This document shows, piece by piece, positions 7,537 through 17,661 of a stretch of 64,000 bases of DNA. The stretch's first letter is position 1; the number at the start of each line of letters is the position of its first letter. Where the stretch lies: contig CAZUIY010000042.1 in NCBI GenBank assembly GCA_964619975.1, forward strand, positions 278 through 64,277, given 5' to 3'. This stretch comes from an uncultured Gemmatimonadales bacterium (GTDB taxonomy: Bacteria; Gemmatimonadota; Gemmatimonadetes; JACCXV01; JAHWKZ01). The translations under genes were made by a program, and so were the position numbers. The notes below the pieces were generated by a model, which did not search any database, was not told the origin of the DNA, and saw nothing but the letters and a program-made list of their open reading frames with translations.

Positions 7537-9161
7537 TAGCCAAGCGCATTACTTCCAAAGCCGCAACTTCCCGCGTAGCTCGACTGGTGCGGTATGTGGT
7601 AGCGGCAGAAGGCAGTATTGACCCTAGAAGCTGGACCCGCACCGCGGATTATGTTCTCGCCAGCAAGACGAACGAGCGCGGGGAAAAGGTCGGGGGCGTG
7701 AGGGTGACAAACTGCAACACTGACGATCCCGCCGTTGCCACTACCCTGATTGAAGCAACACAGGCGGCGAACACCAGATCAAAGACGGACAAGACCTATC
7801 ACCTTGTTTTTTCCTTTCCTCCCGGCGAAGAGCCGGACATAAAGATCCTCCACAAGATCGAAGATGAACTTGTCGCATCTATCGGCTATTCCGAACACCA
7901 GCGTATCAGCGCAGTTCACATCGACACGGATCACCTTCATGTCCACGTCGCTATCAACAAGATACACCCCAAAGGGTTCCAGAATATTGAACCATACTTC
8001 GACAAGCTGAAGCTCATGGAAGCATGCGAGCGGATTGAGATTGAATACGGGCTGACTCGCACGAATCACGGCTTGACCGGCGAGAGAACCAAGGCAGAGA
8101 GGTTATCCGAGAAGCAGGCGAATGCCGAGATACATTCCGGGATTGAGTCGCTTGCCGGGTTTGTCGCCCGCAACCTGGCCGACTCCATGCGGAAATCTGA
8201 ATCATGGGAAGCGCTTCATGAAGTGCTGGGACATGAAGGATTGAGCATAAGGAAGCGCGGGGCGGGGCTTGTCATCGGCAGCGGGGAGCAATGGGTACGT
8301 GCCAGCCAATGCGGTCGCGAGTTTTCCCTGAAGGCACTCACCGACAGGCTGGGCGAATACCAGGCGCCAGCAAAGAAAACCCGCAAGCGGTATAAGAACA
8401 GGCCGATTCAGGGAACCGAGTTCCTCAACGCCACCGTTCTTTATGAGCGCTACCAGGCAGACAGGCAGGGGCGAGTCCAGGCAAGGCAAAACGGCATGAA
8501 CCAGATCAGGAATGAGACCGCGCACTTGAATGCCCAACTTCAACGTTGGCGCATCGCACAGCGAATGCTTGTCAAGGCAACCATGAAAGGGGCAGCAAGA
8601 CGCACTGCGCTCAAGATGATCCGGTTGCAAACGACCGTGGCCCGGAACAACAACCGTAGCGCCATGAACCGGAAACGCCAGAATCTTGTAGCTGCAACGG
8701 CCACGGGTTCATGGCTGCAATGGCTGTCCATTCAGGCGCAGGCAGGCAACACGGAAGCACTCGAAGTGCTGCGGCATAGGGTGCGCAAGGAACAGGTGGG
8801 CGACACCTTGACCGCCGAAGGCAAGGCGGCAACCGAAATACTGAAAGACGCCATCATCAACCGGCACGGACACGCCACATACCGGGCAAACGATGGCGGC
8901 GTGGTAATCGACCGGGCAAACCAGATTCAATCTCTGCGGACGACACGGGGAGCAGCCGAGATTGCATTGGAACTTGCATCGAAGCGGTTCACGGGGAAAG
9001 CGCTAATCGTGGAAGGGCAAGAGACATTCAAGCGGGAAGTGGCGATGCTGGCTGGCGCACAAGGACTTAAGGTTCGATTCTCGGATAAAGGAATGGAGCA
9101 AATAAGGCAGGCATCTATGAAGCCAAGGACGCGCGACAGATCAAAAGGAATGGAGCTATGA
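7533..9161 (+). CDS. traI: MOBP-type relaxase (TraI-like)
   Basis: GTG start VIAKRI. VRVTNC, KTYHLVFSF and the histidine triad HIDTDHLHVHVAINKIHP are present. The N-terminal 250 aa run collinear with RP4 TraI as I recall it. Confidence 0.9.
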   Translation: MIAKRITSKAATSRVARLVRYVVAAEGSIDPRSWTRTADYVLASKTNERGEKVGGVRVTNCNTDDPAVATTLIEATQAANTRSKTDKTYHLVFSFPPGEEPDIKILHKIEDELVASIGYSEHQRISAVHIDTDHLHVHVAINKIHPKGFQNIEPYFDKLKLMEACERIEIEYGLTRTNHGLTGERTKAERLSEKQANAEIHSGIESLAGFVARNLADSMRKSESWEALHEVLGHEGLSIRKRGAGLVIGSGEQWVRASQCGREFSLKALTDRLGEYQAPAKKTRKRYKNRPIQGTEFLNATVLYERYQADRQGRVQARQNGMNQIRNETAHLNAQLQRWRIAQRMLVKATMKGAARRTALKMIRLQTTVARNNNRSAMNRKRQNLVAATATGSWLQWLSIQAQAGNTEALEVLRHRVRKEQVGDTLTAEGKAATEILKDAIINRHGHATYRANDGGVVIDRANQIQSLRTTRGAAEIALELASKRFTGKALIVEGQETFKREVAMLAGAQGLKVRFSDKGMEQIRQASMKPRTRDRSKGMEL

Positions 9162-11029
9162 GCAAGAACGTTTCACCCGTGAAGGCCAGGATGATTTCCG
9201 CCGGGATTATGGGACTGATGATTGTTTCTGTAAGCTCGTACTGTACTCAGTATGTTGCCGAGAAATTTGCCTATCACCCTGCGCTCGGGGGGCCGCTGTC
9301 CGGGCAGTTCTATAACCCGTTTGCCTGGTGGGGATGGTCTCTCCGATATCACAATCAGGCAACGGAAGTTTTCCAGAACGTCTTTTTGATGTTTTTGGCG
9401 GGAGTGATCTTCGCTCTTATTACTGGAAGCCTTGTATTTGGTTTCATTGCTCGATCCAGCCGGAAACATCACGGCATCCACGGCACGGCTCATTTCGCCA
9501 CGGCCGAAGAGGTTGGTGGAACTGGACTGCTGGATGCGGGCAAGGGAGTCTATGTTGGTGGCTACGACATGGACGGCAAGACGCATTACCTTCGCCACGA
9601 TGGGCCGGAACACGTTTGCGCCATTGCGCCGACTCGCTCGGGGAAAGGTGTGGGGCTTGTCATTCCGACATTGCTTTCATGGCCGGAAAGCGTATTTGTC
9701 CTTGACCCGAAGGGGGAAAACTACGCGACGACTTCCGGGTGGAGGCAAAAGAGCGGTAACGTGATCCTGCGCTTCGATCCCGCGCAGCCAGAAATAAGCT
9801 GCTCATGGAATCCGCTGGGGGAAATCCGGTTCGGGACACGCTACCAGATAGGGGATGCTCAAAGTATCGCGCTCATGGTCATAGACGACGATGGAAAAGG
9901 AATCTCAGGAAGCCACTGGCGCACGGCGGCGCATGATCTGCTCGTGGGCGTGATCACTCATGCGCTCTACAAGGCCGAAACCGTGGGGCGCGCGCCATCC
10001 CTTCAGGACTGCGCCATGATGCTCTCTGGCGTGGGTGACTTTGCCGCGCCGGTCGATGAAAACGAGGATACGGAACGGCAGCTGGCGGCACTGTTTGAAG
10101 AAATGGAAGCCGTCACCCTTGGCAATGACACGGCGGCGCGTGAAGCGCAACTGAACATTCGCGCCACCGGCAGGAGGTTCCGCGAAACGGCATCGAAGGA
10201 ACTGGCAAGCATCATTTCCACCGCGCACAATGCCTTGGCGCTCTACCGTGATCCCATTGTGGGCGAGAACACGTCACGCAACGATTTCCGGGTAGCCGAC
10301 CTGATGAACCACGGCCAGCCGGTATCCCTGTACTTCATCACGACCTTTCAGGACAAGGATCGCATGCGTCCGCTGGCGCGGCTCCTGCTCTCGCGGATAT
10401 TGCTCGGGCTGTCCGGGCAGATGGAATTCGAGGACGGCAGATCGAAACCCACGTACAAGCACCGGCTGCTGCTCATGCTCGACGAGTTCCCGACATTGGG
10501 CAAACTGGAAGTTCTACAAAGCGCGCTGGCCTATATCGCAGGCTACGGCATGAAAGCGTATCTCATCACTCAGGATGTGCAACAGCTTTACCACGCATAC
10601 ACCATTTACGAAAGCATTATCTCGAACTGCCATGTTCGGGCGGCATACGCTCCGACCAAGCAGGAGACAGCGGAATGGCTATCGAAAATGACGGGACAGT
10701 CGACCGTCATCAAGGAACAAGTGTCCACTTCAGGCAAACGGTTCGGGGCGGTACTCGAACAGGTTTCCCGCAGTTATCAGGAGGTACAGCGTCCATTGAT
10801 GACTCCGGACGAAATAGCCCGGTTGCCTGCCGCCGTGAAGGACCGGAACGGAAACATACTGGAAGCGGGAGAGATGCTTGTGTTCGTCGCGGGGCATCCG
10901 GTTATCCGGGGGCGGCAGATTCTCTACTTCCTTGATCCGGTATTCTCAAAGCGATCGAAAATCATTCCTCCTTCCAAATCGGACACGATAAGAACCGCCG
11001 ACAAAAAAAGAGTGTTCAAAGTCGCATGA
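9158..11029 (+). CDS. traG: Type IV coupling protein (TraG/VirD4 family)
   Basis: N-terminal TM segments are present. Walker A reads APTRSGKGVGLVIPTLL and Walker B reads LLLMLDEFPTLG. It is 623 aa. Confidence 0.92.
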   Translation: MSKNVSPVKARMISAGIMGLMIVSVSSYCTQYVAEKFAYHPALGGPLSGQFYNPFAWWGWSLRYHNQATEVFQNVFLMFLAGVIFALITGSLVFGFIARSSRKHHGIHGTAHFATAEEVGGTGLLDAGKGVYVGGYDMDGKTHYLRHDGPEHVCAIAPTRSGKGVGLVIPTLLSWPESVFVLDPKGENYATTSGWRQKSGNVILRFDPAQPEISCSWNPLGEIRFGTRYQIGDAQSIALMVIDDDGKGISGSHWRTAAHDLLVGVITHALYKAETVGRAPSLQDCAMMLSGVGDFAAPVDENEDTERQLAALFEEMEAVTLGNDTAAREAQLNIRATGRRFRETASKELASIISTAHNALALYRDPIVGENTSRNDFRVADLMNHGQPVSLYFITTFQDKDRMRPLARLLLSRILLGLSGQMEFEDGRSKPTYKHRLLLMLDEFPTLGKLEVLQSALAYIAGYGMKAYLITQDVQQLYHAYTIYESIISNCHVRAAYAPTKQETAEWLSKMTGQSTVIKEQVSTSGKRFGAVLEQVSRSYQEVQRPLMTPDEIARLPAAVKDRNGNILEAGEMLVFVAGHPVIRGRQILYFLDPVFSKRSKIIPPSKSDTIRTADKKRVFKVA

Positions 11030-11580
11030 ACAATGCAAAGAAATTGCTGGTTGTCTTTGGATTCATCGCGGCCATGGTTGTGCTGATCCATGTCGCGAAG
11101 GAAGCGGGGATCGGGGTCAACACAAGCGGCTCTGCTCCTGTCGGAATATGGCACAAGCAAAAACTCGACAGGATCGAACGAGGAGCGCTCATAGCCTTCT
11201 GCCCGCCAGCTAACCCGATTATCAAGACTCTCGTATCCATGCGGCCGACGCTGCGTGGCAGCTGCGAAGGCAATGGATCAATAGAGTTCATCAAACCGGT
11301 GGGCGCCTTACCGGGCGACATGGTAACGCTCCGGAAAAACGGGAACGTTCTTGTCAATGGCGTTGAAATACCGAATACCAAGGCATCACCCGAGATTGCA
11401 TTCCCGGCTGGTGAATACCGCGTCAATCCGAATGAGGTCTGGACATTCTCGACCTACGACCAGGATAGCTACGACAGTCGCTATTTTGGGCCAGTTCCCA
11501 TATCCAGGATCAAGGGAGAAGCGAAACCGATCCTTGTGTCGGGAGACACATCAAATATGACCAGAGGCTTTGAAAAATGA
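11026..11580 (+). CDS. traF: TraF-like S26-family peptidase (pilin maturation/cyclase)
   Basis: It has an N-terminal TM segment and NTSGSAPVGIWH and DSYDSRYFGP motifs. It sits after traG, as in RP4. Confidence 0.8.
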   Translation: MNNAKKLLVVFGFIAAMVVLIHVAKEAGIGVNTSGSAPVGIWHKQKLDRIERGALIAFCPPANPIIKTLVSMRPTLRGSCEGNGSIEFIKPVGALPGDMVTLRKNGNVLVNGVEIPNTKASPEIAFPAGEYRVNPNEVWTFSTYDQDSYDSRYFGPVPISRIKGEAKPILVSGDTSNMTRGFEK

Positions 11581-12086
11581 TTGACTTGGCACTGATTGAA
11601 GCCTGCGCTCCAAACGTTCATTCATCCACCATCCAGGCAATCATACAGGTGGAAAGCGCGGGTGATCCGCTGGCGGTGAATGTAAACAAAAAGAACGGGG
11701 TGGCCTACCCCTTGCCCAAAAAATTTGAATTGACTGACGAGGCTGTGAGAGGGGCAAAAAAAGCCATTTCTGCCGGATATACGGTTGACCTCGGGCTTAT
11801 GCAGATCAACAGCGTCAATCTGGCACGATTAGGGTATTCCGTGGAGGATATGTTCAATCCATGCAAGAACATGGCAGCGGGAGCACGAATCCTGGAAGAG
11901 AATTATATGCGGGCGCTGCCGTTACACCGTAACGAACAGGCCGCGCTGAGGGCGGCTTTATCTGCCTACAACACAGGAAGCTTCAGTCGGGGCTTTACTA
12001 ACGGATACGTCCAACGGTACGTGCCACACACAGCAAAAACCGCCGTGGAGTTCTCCAAACGGCGGCCAAAAGTTACTCAGGAATAA
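11577..12086 (+). CDS. Lytic transglycosylase (VirB1/TrbN-like)
   Basis: The SLT catalytic region IIQVESAGDPLAVNVN and GLMQINS are present. Confidence 0.85.
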   Translation: MIDLALIEACAPNVHSSTIQAIIQVESAGDPLAVNVNKKNGVAYPLPKKFELTDEAVRGAKKAISAGYTVDLGLMQINSVNLARLGYSVEDMFNPCKNMAAGARILEENYMRALPLHRNEQAALRAALSAYNTGSFSRGFTNGYVQRYVPHTAKTAVEFSKRRPKVTQE

Positions 12087-12153
12087 CGTGGATATTGCTG
12101 TGGGTAACTAGCGAAAGCGTCTGTTTATCCTTACCTCTTCTTGATGCACGGTT

Positions 12154-13251
12154 TTACCGCTGCCATACCCGATCAAACACTATTGCTTGAGATACCGCAA
12201 CGTTGAATTTCGTGCCAAAGGGAATCTCAATCGTAGGCTGAATGTTCAACTCTCTTTGCAGGAACATCCTTCCTGTCATGCTGATTTCCCGCCCCATCGA
12301 TGCAGCAAGAATCTGCTGTGCATTGTAACCTCCATAAACGCTTGCTCCTCGCGGCTGGGTCAGTTGACTGGCAGCCGAGAACAGGGACAACAGAACCGCG
12401 CTGCCAGCTATGCGCCAGTAATGGTTATTAACATGGCCTGACACTCCGGCGGCTCCACTAGCATCCGAACCAGGCATGCGATCGAGCAGAAGGAACGATC
12501 CATCAGGAAACTCTATTTCCTGCCATGCGATGAGCAGTCGGTCCTGACCGAAAGAGACCATGCTGTCGTATATTCCATGCAGTTTCGCGCCTGCCGGTAT
12601 AAGCAGGTTCCGACCGGTGGAACTGTCATACACATTCTCAGCCACCTGCGCCCTCAACTGTCCCGGCAGATCAGAGGTTGTTCTCTGAATCATTACCCCT
12701 GGTATAACACTGCCGCGCGTAAGCTCCATGCCCGGCGCTATCGGGTCCATCCTGGAATGACTTGAATACCTTGGTTCCGTTGTTGCTGCCGCAAGAAACG
12801 CCTGCTTGTGATCTTGTGTTGAATCGTCTTTTCCTTCCGCATCACGCGGCCGCTCCGTTGGCGGCGTCTGCTGACTGTGAATGCTGCCAGAAACCTGCAC
12901 GGCGGATGGGGCTTCACGTGCGGACCTCTCCAACTCCATCCACTGTTTCATACGCTCAGGGATAGGTTGGGGGCCTGCCGCAGAAGGAGGCGAGACATAG
13001 GGAGCAGCAACAGGAGGAGCCTTTGGAATGTCCTCATGCTTGACCGGCGGAATTGCTGACCTGATGACTTCCGGGCGGTCTTCTTCCTTTTCCTTTCGTT
13101 CGGCGAACGGGCCATCCATTCTCTGAAAAACTCCAAGCGTCATCAGCATGCCAGCGAGAATGAATAAAATCACCCCAAGAATTAGCGGACGGCGGTTTAC
13201 CCGCTTCATTTCCGGCGCGGAAGAATCCAGGTAATCAGGAGATGTCATCAT
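12154..13251 (-). CDS. trbI: TrbI/VirB10 family protein
   Basis: It has an N-terminal TM segment, a Pro-rich linker and a conserved C-terminal beta-barrel region (GSVIPGVMIQ..DSSTGRNLLIPAGAKL). Confidence 0.9.
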   Translation of the reverse strand: MMTSPDYLDSSAPEMKRVNRRPLILGVILFILAGMLMTLGVFQRMDGPFAERKEKEEDRPEVIRSAIPPVKHEDIPKAPPVAAPYVSPPSAAGPQPIPERMKQWMELERSAREAPSAVQVSGSIHSQQTPPTERPRDAEGKDDSTQDHKQAFLAAATTEPRYSSHSRMDPIAPGMELTRGSVIPGVMIQRTTSDLPGQLRAQVAENVYDSSTGRNLLIPAGAKLHGIYDSMVSFGQDRLLIAWQEIEFPDGSFLLLDRMPGSDASGAAGVSGHVNNHYWRIAGSAVLLSLFSAASQLTQPRGASVYGGYNAQQILAASMGREISMTGRMFLQRELNIQPTIEIPFGTKFNVAVSQAIVFDRVWQR

Positions 13252-13682
13252 TTCAACGCTCCACGGATGGCAACGCTTCCAGATGACAATCCGTTCTCCG
13301 TGCGAGCGTGATACCGGCTCGCAACCTGGCCTTGATACTTGACTCGAACCAGAATGCCGTTGCCAAGAACGGTCACGTAGTATTTGATCGGGATCGCATC
13401 AGCCGGGGCCTCTCCCGTAGCAATGCCGTATCCTTTGCGCGAAAGCTCGTCAAGGAGTATTTCCTGGAACAGGGTCAACTCCGGCTTGAATGCAAGGATG
13501 GTCTTCGCGGGGGGAAACTGCCGGGAAAGAAAGACGGAAAGATCGACAGCGATTTTCTCTGTCTCGTAGGTGCTTATTCCAGCCTCGACATAGGAGGAAT
13601 CCTGGCCGCGCTGAAACTCCTGTAGCACGGCGCAGCCGCCAAACTGCATCATGATCGCAGCTGCAAGAATCGTCTTCTTCAT
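13248..13682 (-). CDS. trbH: TrbH-like lipoprotein (VirB7 analogue)
   Basis: Signal peptide with lipobox QFGGC. It lies between trbG and trbI. Confidence 0.6.
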   Translation of the reverse strand: MKKTILAAAIMMQFGGCAVLQEFQRGQDSSYVEAGISTYETEKIAVDLSVFLSRQFPPAKTILAFKPELTLFQEILLDELSRKGYGIATGEAPADAIPIKYYVTVLGNGILVRVKYQGQVASRYHARTENGLSSGSVAIRGALK

Positions 13683-14647
13683 TTTCCGTTTCCCCCAATA
13701 TATTCAATATCGACTCGCACCTGATTCTTTCCTGCGCCAGAAACCAGCACGGCATGATCCAGCAGCTTGTCAACTATGTAGGTATCACCGTCAGGGCCGG
13801 GCCGATAGTTCACGACCTCGTAAGAAGGATCTGAGAAAACCCCTCCGGGATCTCCGAGACCGGCAAGAGCCGGCGCCCCGTGCTCGAAATGAGCAGACGG
13901 GAATTGGATGGTCATTTGCCGACCATCGGAATAAACCCTGATCGGCTTCCATCGCGGGTTGTCGCCACTGATGCGGTAATTAAAATCAAGTTTGTCCAGG
14001 CGCTGGCCGTTCGGCAGGATTTTATTGCGCTCGCCAGTCGCTATGGCTGCGTGATACTTATCCAGTACACGATTCATATTCTCCGGGTAGACGAACTCGA
14101 TATACGGGATGTATTCGTTCTTTGTTCCTTTGGCCTGGATCGTATAGCTCCTCCGGTCTGTGTTGATGATGATGTTGGATGTAATGCCGGTTTGCGTGAT
14201 CTTCACGACGATCACATCCCTGTTACCCATCTTTGACAAATCAAGAATCACACGTTTTGGATCACCGACATGCAGACCATTCTTCACTATGGTTTCCCCA
14301 GGCTCCAACCAGATAGCGCACACTTTGCCGGGGGCGCAGAGGATAGTTGGAAGGGTGGCGCCAAAGGTATATACAACCCCGCCGTCTTCTGCCGGCGCCG
14401 GCTTGTCCGGATTGTTCCTCCATCTCCTGACATGCTTCAAGGCTTCTTGTTCGGCACCGGTCAGAGTGACGGGCAAGTCCATCAACACGCCTGTCATCAC
14501 GTCCGCTTCATACGCAACCGGCTCGATGGCAGGGACCATCTGCGCGTGGACTGCCTGACTGACGAGAAGAGGGAGCAATGAAAGCGCCCCAATAAATTTT
14601 GTGGTGGTGTTCATCATTGCCTCGTTTGTTAAAGTCTTTTTGACCAA
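13679..14647 (-). CDS. trbG: TrbG/VirB9 family protein
   Basis: It has a signal peptide and VirB9/CagX-like length and position. Confidence 0.88.
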   Translation of the reverse strand: MVKKTLTNEAMMNTTTKFIGALSLLPLLVSQAVHAQMVPAIEPVAYEADVMTGVLMDLPVTLTGAEQEALKHVRRWRNNPDKPAPAEDGGVVYTFGATLPTILCAPGKVCAIWLEPGETIVKNGLHVGDPKRVILDLSKMGNRDVIVVKITQTGITSNIIINTDRRSYTIQAKGTKNEYIPYIEFVYPENMNRVLDKYHAAIATGERNKILPNGQRLDKLDFNYRISGDNPRWKPIRVYSDGRQMTIQFPSAHFEHGAPALAGLGDPGGVFSDPSYEVVNYRPGPDGDTYIVDKLLDHAVLVSGAGKNQVRVDIEYIGGNGK

Positions 14648-15303
14648 TCAAGGGTTTTCACGAAAACCCCAACGGGATTTTTCATAATCTGCTCTTCTGT
14701 TGATGGCGCGGAAATCACCGTTCCTACGGCGGCTTGCCATTGCTCCTTGCTCTCGACACTTCCTGATTGCGACTTCTTTACTTCCGTCCATTCAACTCGC
14801 CATGTATCCTGGCTTATTCTTGTTACTGAATTGACCGCCACTTCAATCGTGAACCTCTCTGAAATCACGTAGGGATTGTTCGCAGAGTGGTACTCGTGAA
14901 GCGATCCATATGCGGCACTGGATGGCAGGGTCATCATGTAGCTTTGCTCAAGCATTTCTTTTTGCGCTTGAGGGTCCGCATATACAGCGCGGACACCCAT
15001 CAGCCATGTGCGAATGGCTGCTCGAATCTGGTTCGTCGTTGGCTCATTGGGAGTTTCAGCGCGGATAATTCGTACTGGCTCGGAATACTGATCGAACTCG
15101 ACAAGAAACGGGACAACCTTGTGCTGAGACGACACATAAGCCAATCCTCCCGAACTTAAGGCCGCTACTGTAATAGCTCCCACAGCCACCAGGCGCCACG
15201 TATGCAGAGCCTGAAGCAGATTGAAGTGGCGGTCTTCCCACTCAATCCGGCCAGCCAGATACACGCTGTTCGGCTTTCCCTTTGCTGTTTCTTCCTTCTT
15301 CAT
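14629..15303 (-). CDS. trbF: TrbF/VirB8 family protein
   Basis: It has a single N-terminal TM segment (WRLVAVGAITVAAL), is 224 aa, and matches by position. Confidence 0.85.
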   Translation of the reverse strand: MKKEETAKGKPNSVYLAGRIEWEDRHFNLLQALHTWRLVAVGAITVAALSSGGLAYVSSQHKVVPFLVEFDQYSEPVRIIRAETPNEPTTNQIRAAIRTWLMGVRAVYADPQAQKEMLEQSYMMTLPSSAAYGSLHEYHSANNPYVISERFTIEVAVNSVTRISQDTWRVEWTEVKKSQSGSVESKEQWQAAVGTVISAPSTEEQIMKNPVGVFVKTLDWSKRL

Positions 15304-16691
15304 TTTTTGTCCCTGCTGTCAGTTGGATTTTCGGTCTCATCTGGACGGATGATGTTTGCTGGCGTCTCCGGTGGGCTTGGTGCTTCATGGGAAGACACTG
15401 TGCCGCCCAAATCTGGCGGTACAGGAGATGGCCCCATTGAATAATTCGTCGCCCCACTCATGCCTGGCACTGCCAACTCACTGATAAAGGCGGTCGACTT
15501 TGCAGCTGCTGCGGTTGCTGTGTGTGCGACACCCATGGCCTTCGCCATTGGGCTGGGACTCGGTGCTGCACCCGACATGCCGCCGCCACCACCGCGTGAT
15601 CCCACTGGCGACGCTCCGCTGCCACCACCTGAACCTGATGGAGAGGAGGGGGGTGATGGCGGGGTTCCTCCACCGCTGGAAAAACCGGAAGACGAGCCAC
15701 CTCCACCGGACAAACTGGAACTGATTGCGCTAGCTATCCCGCCACCGTCGCCGCCAGCACCGCCAAACATTGAAGACGAGGCAAGCTTTGATGAAATGGC
15801 GGCGCTCGCCGCTGCGCCAAATGCCATGCCCGCCATTGCCATGCCGCCCATAACAGCACCACTGCCGCCCGAAGAAACGCCGAGGATCAGGCTCTGGACA
15901 ACGTTCACGATCTTGTGAGTAAAGATACAGAGCAGGAAAGCCAAGCCCACGAGCACCAGCGTGGACGTATTGTTATGCCGGTAAGCAGCCTGCCACTCCG
16001 TGGCCGAATGCGTGATAAGACCAACTATGAGCGTCAGCACAAACAATTCCGCGCCGACAGCAATGCTGTATTTGATAAATGCCGATGCATATTCCCGCGT
16101 GAACTGAGCACCACCAAAGCCCAGGAACAGAACGGCGGCATTCACGACGAAATATGATTCAAGAAGTGCCACTCCCATCAAGGCGGCGATATAGGTGAAC
16201 GAAACGAGAATGACAATCGATGAAAACACAATCCCGATTCCCTCAACGGGGTTGATTGTGCTCACGCTTGAAACGGTATCCGCGAACCTGACTGCAAGCT
16301 CGAACATGTGTCCCGGTTCCAGCATGTAATTCGTTCCAGCTGCCCTTCCGCCTGCAATACGGAAGCTGTCTATTACTGCCTGCCCCCACACCACGGAGTA
16401 AGTAAGTACCGAGAAAAAGAAGATAGTCCTCATCAGGAAAAGCAGGAACTCGACAAAAATATCCGGGCCGGGGGCTTGTCTGGCAACCATTGGGGCCATC
16501 GTCAAGACAAGCTGGATTGTCGCCAAGCTCCAAAACAGCCACGTCGCGTAATCCCTGAGCGCCATACTCCATCGGTTTGCGCTGTCCCGAACCAGAACCA
16601 GCAAATCCATGTAGGAATCATCTGGATTCGTCAGGTCAGCGGCTCCCGCCGGGACAGCAAGCAGCAATGCCATAAATAAAAACAGGCGCAT
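15300..16691 (-). CDS. trbL: TrbL/VirB6 family polytopic membrane protein with a Gly/Ser/Pro-rich C-terminal tail
   Basis: The ATG at 16691 gives MRLFLFMALLLAVPAGA (signal peptide). It has multiple TM segments and a low-complexity tail (GGGGSSSGFSSGGGTPPSPPSSPSG). Confidence 0.85.
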   Translation of the reverse strand: MRLFLFMALLLAVPAGAADLTNPDDSYMDLLVLVRDSANRWSMALRDYATWLFWSLATIQLVLTMAPMVARQAPGPDIFVEFLLFLMRTIFFFSVLTYSVVWGQAVIDSFRIAGGRAAGTNYMLEPGHMFELAVRFADTVSSVSTINPVEGIGIVFSSIVILVSFTYIAALMGVALLESYFVVNAAVLFLGFGGAQFTREYASAFIKYSIAVGAELFVLTLIVGLITHSATEWQAAYRHNNTSTLVLVGLAFLLCIFTHKIVNVVQSLILGVSSGGSGAVMGGMAMAGMAFGAAASAAISSKLASSSMFGGAGGDGGGIASAISSSLSGGGGSSSGFSSGGGTPPSPPSSPSGSGGGSGASPVGSRGGGGGMSGAAPSPSPMAKAMGVAHTATAAAAKSTAFISELAVPGMSGATNYSMGPSPVPPDLGGTVSSHEAPSPPETPANIIRPDETENPTDSRDKK

Positions 16692-16693
16692 GA

Positions 16694-16906
16694 TCAAAGC
16701 CCTCTCCTGCGGCCTTCCTTGATCGGCGCTTGGTTCATGACCGGCGCACAGTGCCTCTTCAGTTCTTCTATCTCGATCTTCGCTTCCAGGAGTTGGCGCT
16801 CAAGGGCGGCATGGTCTGACGGAAGCGCCATGTATGCCGCGCCAAATCCGCCAGCACCGGATAAAAGAATAAGCATGTAAAGCCACAGATATTTAATCGT
16901 TAACAT
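16694..16906 (-). CDS. Small membrane protein at the TrbK (entry exclusion) position
   Basis: It is 70 aa, lies between trbJ and trbL, and has one TM segment. It has no lipobox Cys, unlike RP4 TrbK. Confidence 0.4.
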   Translation of the reverse strand: MLTIKYLWLYMLILLSGAGGFGAAYMALPSDHAALERQLLEAKIEIEELKRHCAPVMNQAPIKEGRRRGL

Positions 16907-17661
16907 TAGAGCCCTCTCCTGCTGCCCGCCTGAACGGGGGCTTGTCTGTAGTACGTGCTGAATGCGTCGGCATGGGTTTGCCGTTCGACCTGATAGGCCA
17001 TGAACTCTGCTTGTAAACGAAGGTTTTGTGCGGCGATCTGGCTCAGTCCCTCCATCTGGCGGGATAGATTCCCCGCGATCTGATTCCCGGCTTGCATCGC
17101 TTCAAGATGACCGCCTGCATTGTTCGACTGCGCTATCAGTCGCCGGAGCATCTGCTCTTCAGTATCGGAACGATTGACTACCATCCCGGCCATTTGCAAT
17201 GCGCTTTTGGTGTTCTCGTACCCCTTGTTCGACCATTGCTCATACCGCTCGCGCATGGCTTCTTTTGTCGGGCGGCCTTGCCCCATCGTGGACAGATAGG
17301 TGTAATAGGTGGGGTTCATCGTATAAAACATGGAATCCACGTTCTCCAAGCGGTAGCGGAGACTCTGCCCCTGCATATAGAGCGAATACAGGGATCTGAA
17401 AGAGTCGCCTACAGGCTTGAATACCGGATCAGCCAATGAGACGGCATCACGAACCATCCTTTCATACTGAGATATTTCAAGCTGAATCTGACGTGCCGCG
17501 TCCGCTGCCCTCGCTACTTCAGCGGCCACGGTCTGACCCATGTGAAGTGGATCGTTGACAATATCCCCCATCCCGAAAAAGGCTCTCGCCGGAGTTGCAG
17601 ACAACACCCACACCAGAACCAAGACAACAATACGCTTACCGTACATATTTTTCATAATCAA
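16906..17661 (-). CDS. trbJ: TrbJ/VirB5 family protein
   Basis: It has a signal peptide (VLVWVLSATPARA), is helical, and is 251 aa. Confidence 0.8.
   Translation of the reverse strand: MIMKNMYGKRIVVLVLVWVLSATPARAFFGMGDIVNDPLHMGQTVAAEVARAADAARQIQLEISQYERMVRDAVSLADPVFKPVGDSFRSLYSLYMQGQSLRYRLENVDSMFYTMNPTYYTYLSTMGQGRPTKEAMRERYEQWSNKGYENTKSALQMAGMVVNRSDTEEQMLRRLIAQSNNAGGHLEAMQAGNQIAGNLSRQMEGLSQIAAQNLRLQAEFMAYQVERQTHADAFSTYYRQAPVQAGSRRGL

Noticed and set aside
15460-15918. A 152-aa Pro-rich plus-strand ORF.
   Set aside because: It is antisense to the Gly/Ser-rich C-terminal tail of TrbL. This is a low-complexity mirror image.
16681-16925. A shared C-terminal RRGL-stop in TrbJ and the TrbK-position ORF, with nearly identical DNA (GCAGGAGAGGGCT), considered as a possible sorting or processing signal.
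   Set aside because: The conserved DNA is most simply the AGGAGA Shine-Dalgarno sequence for the next, overlapping gene. It is embedded in the end of each upstream ORF.
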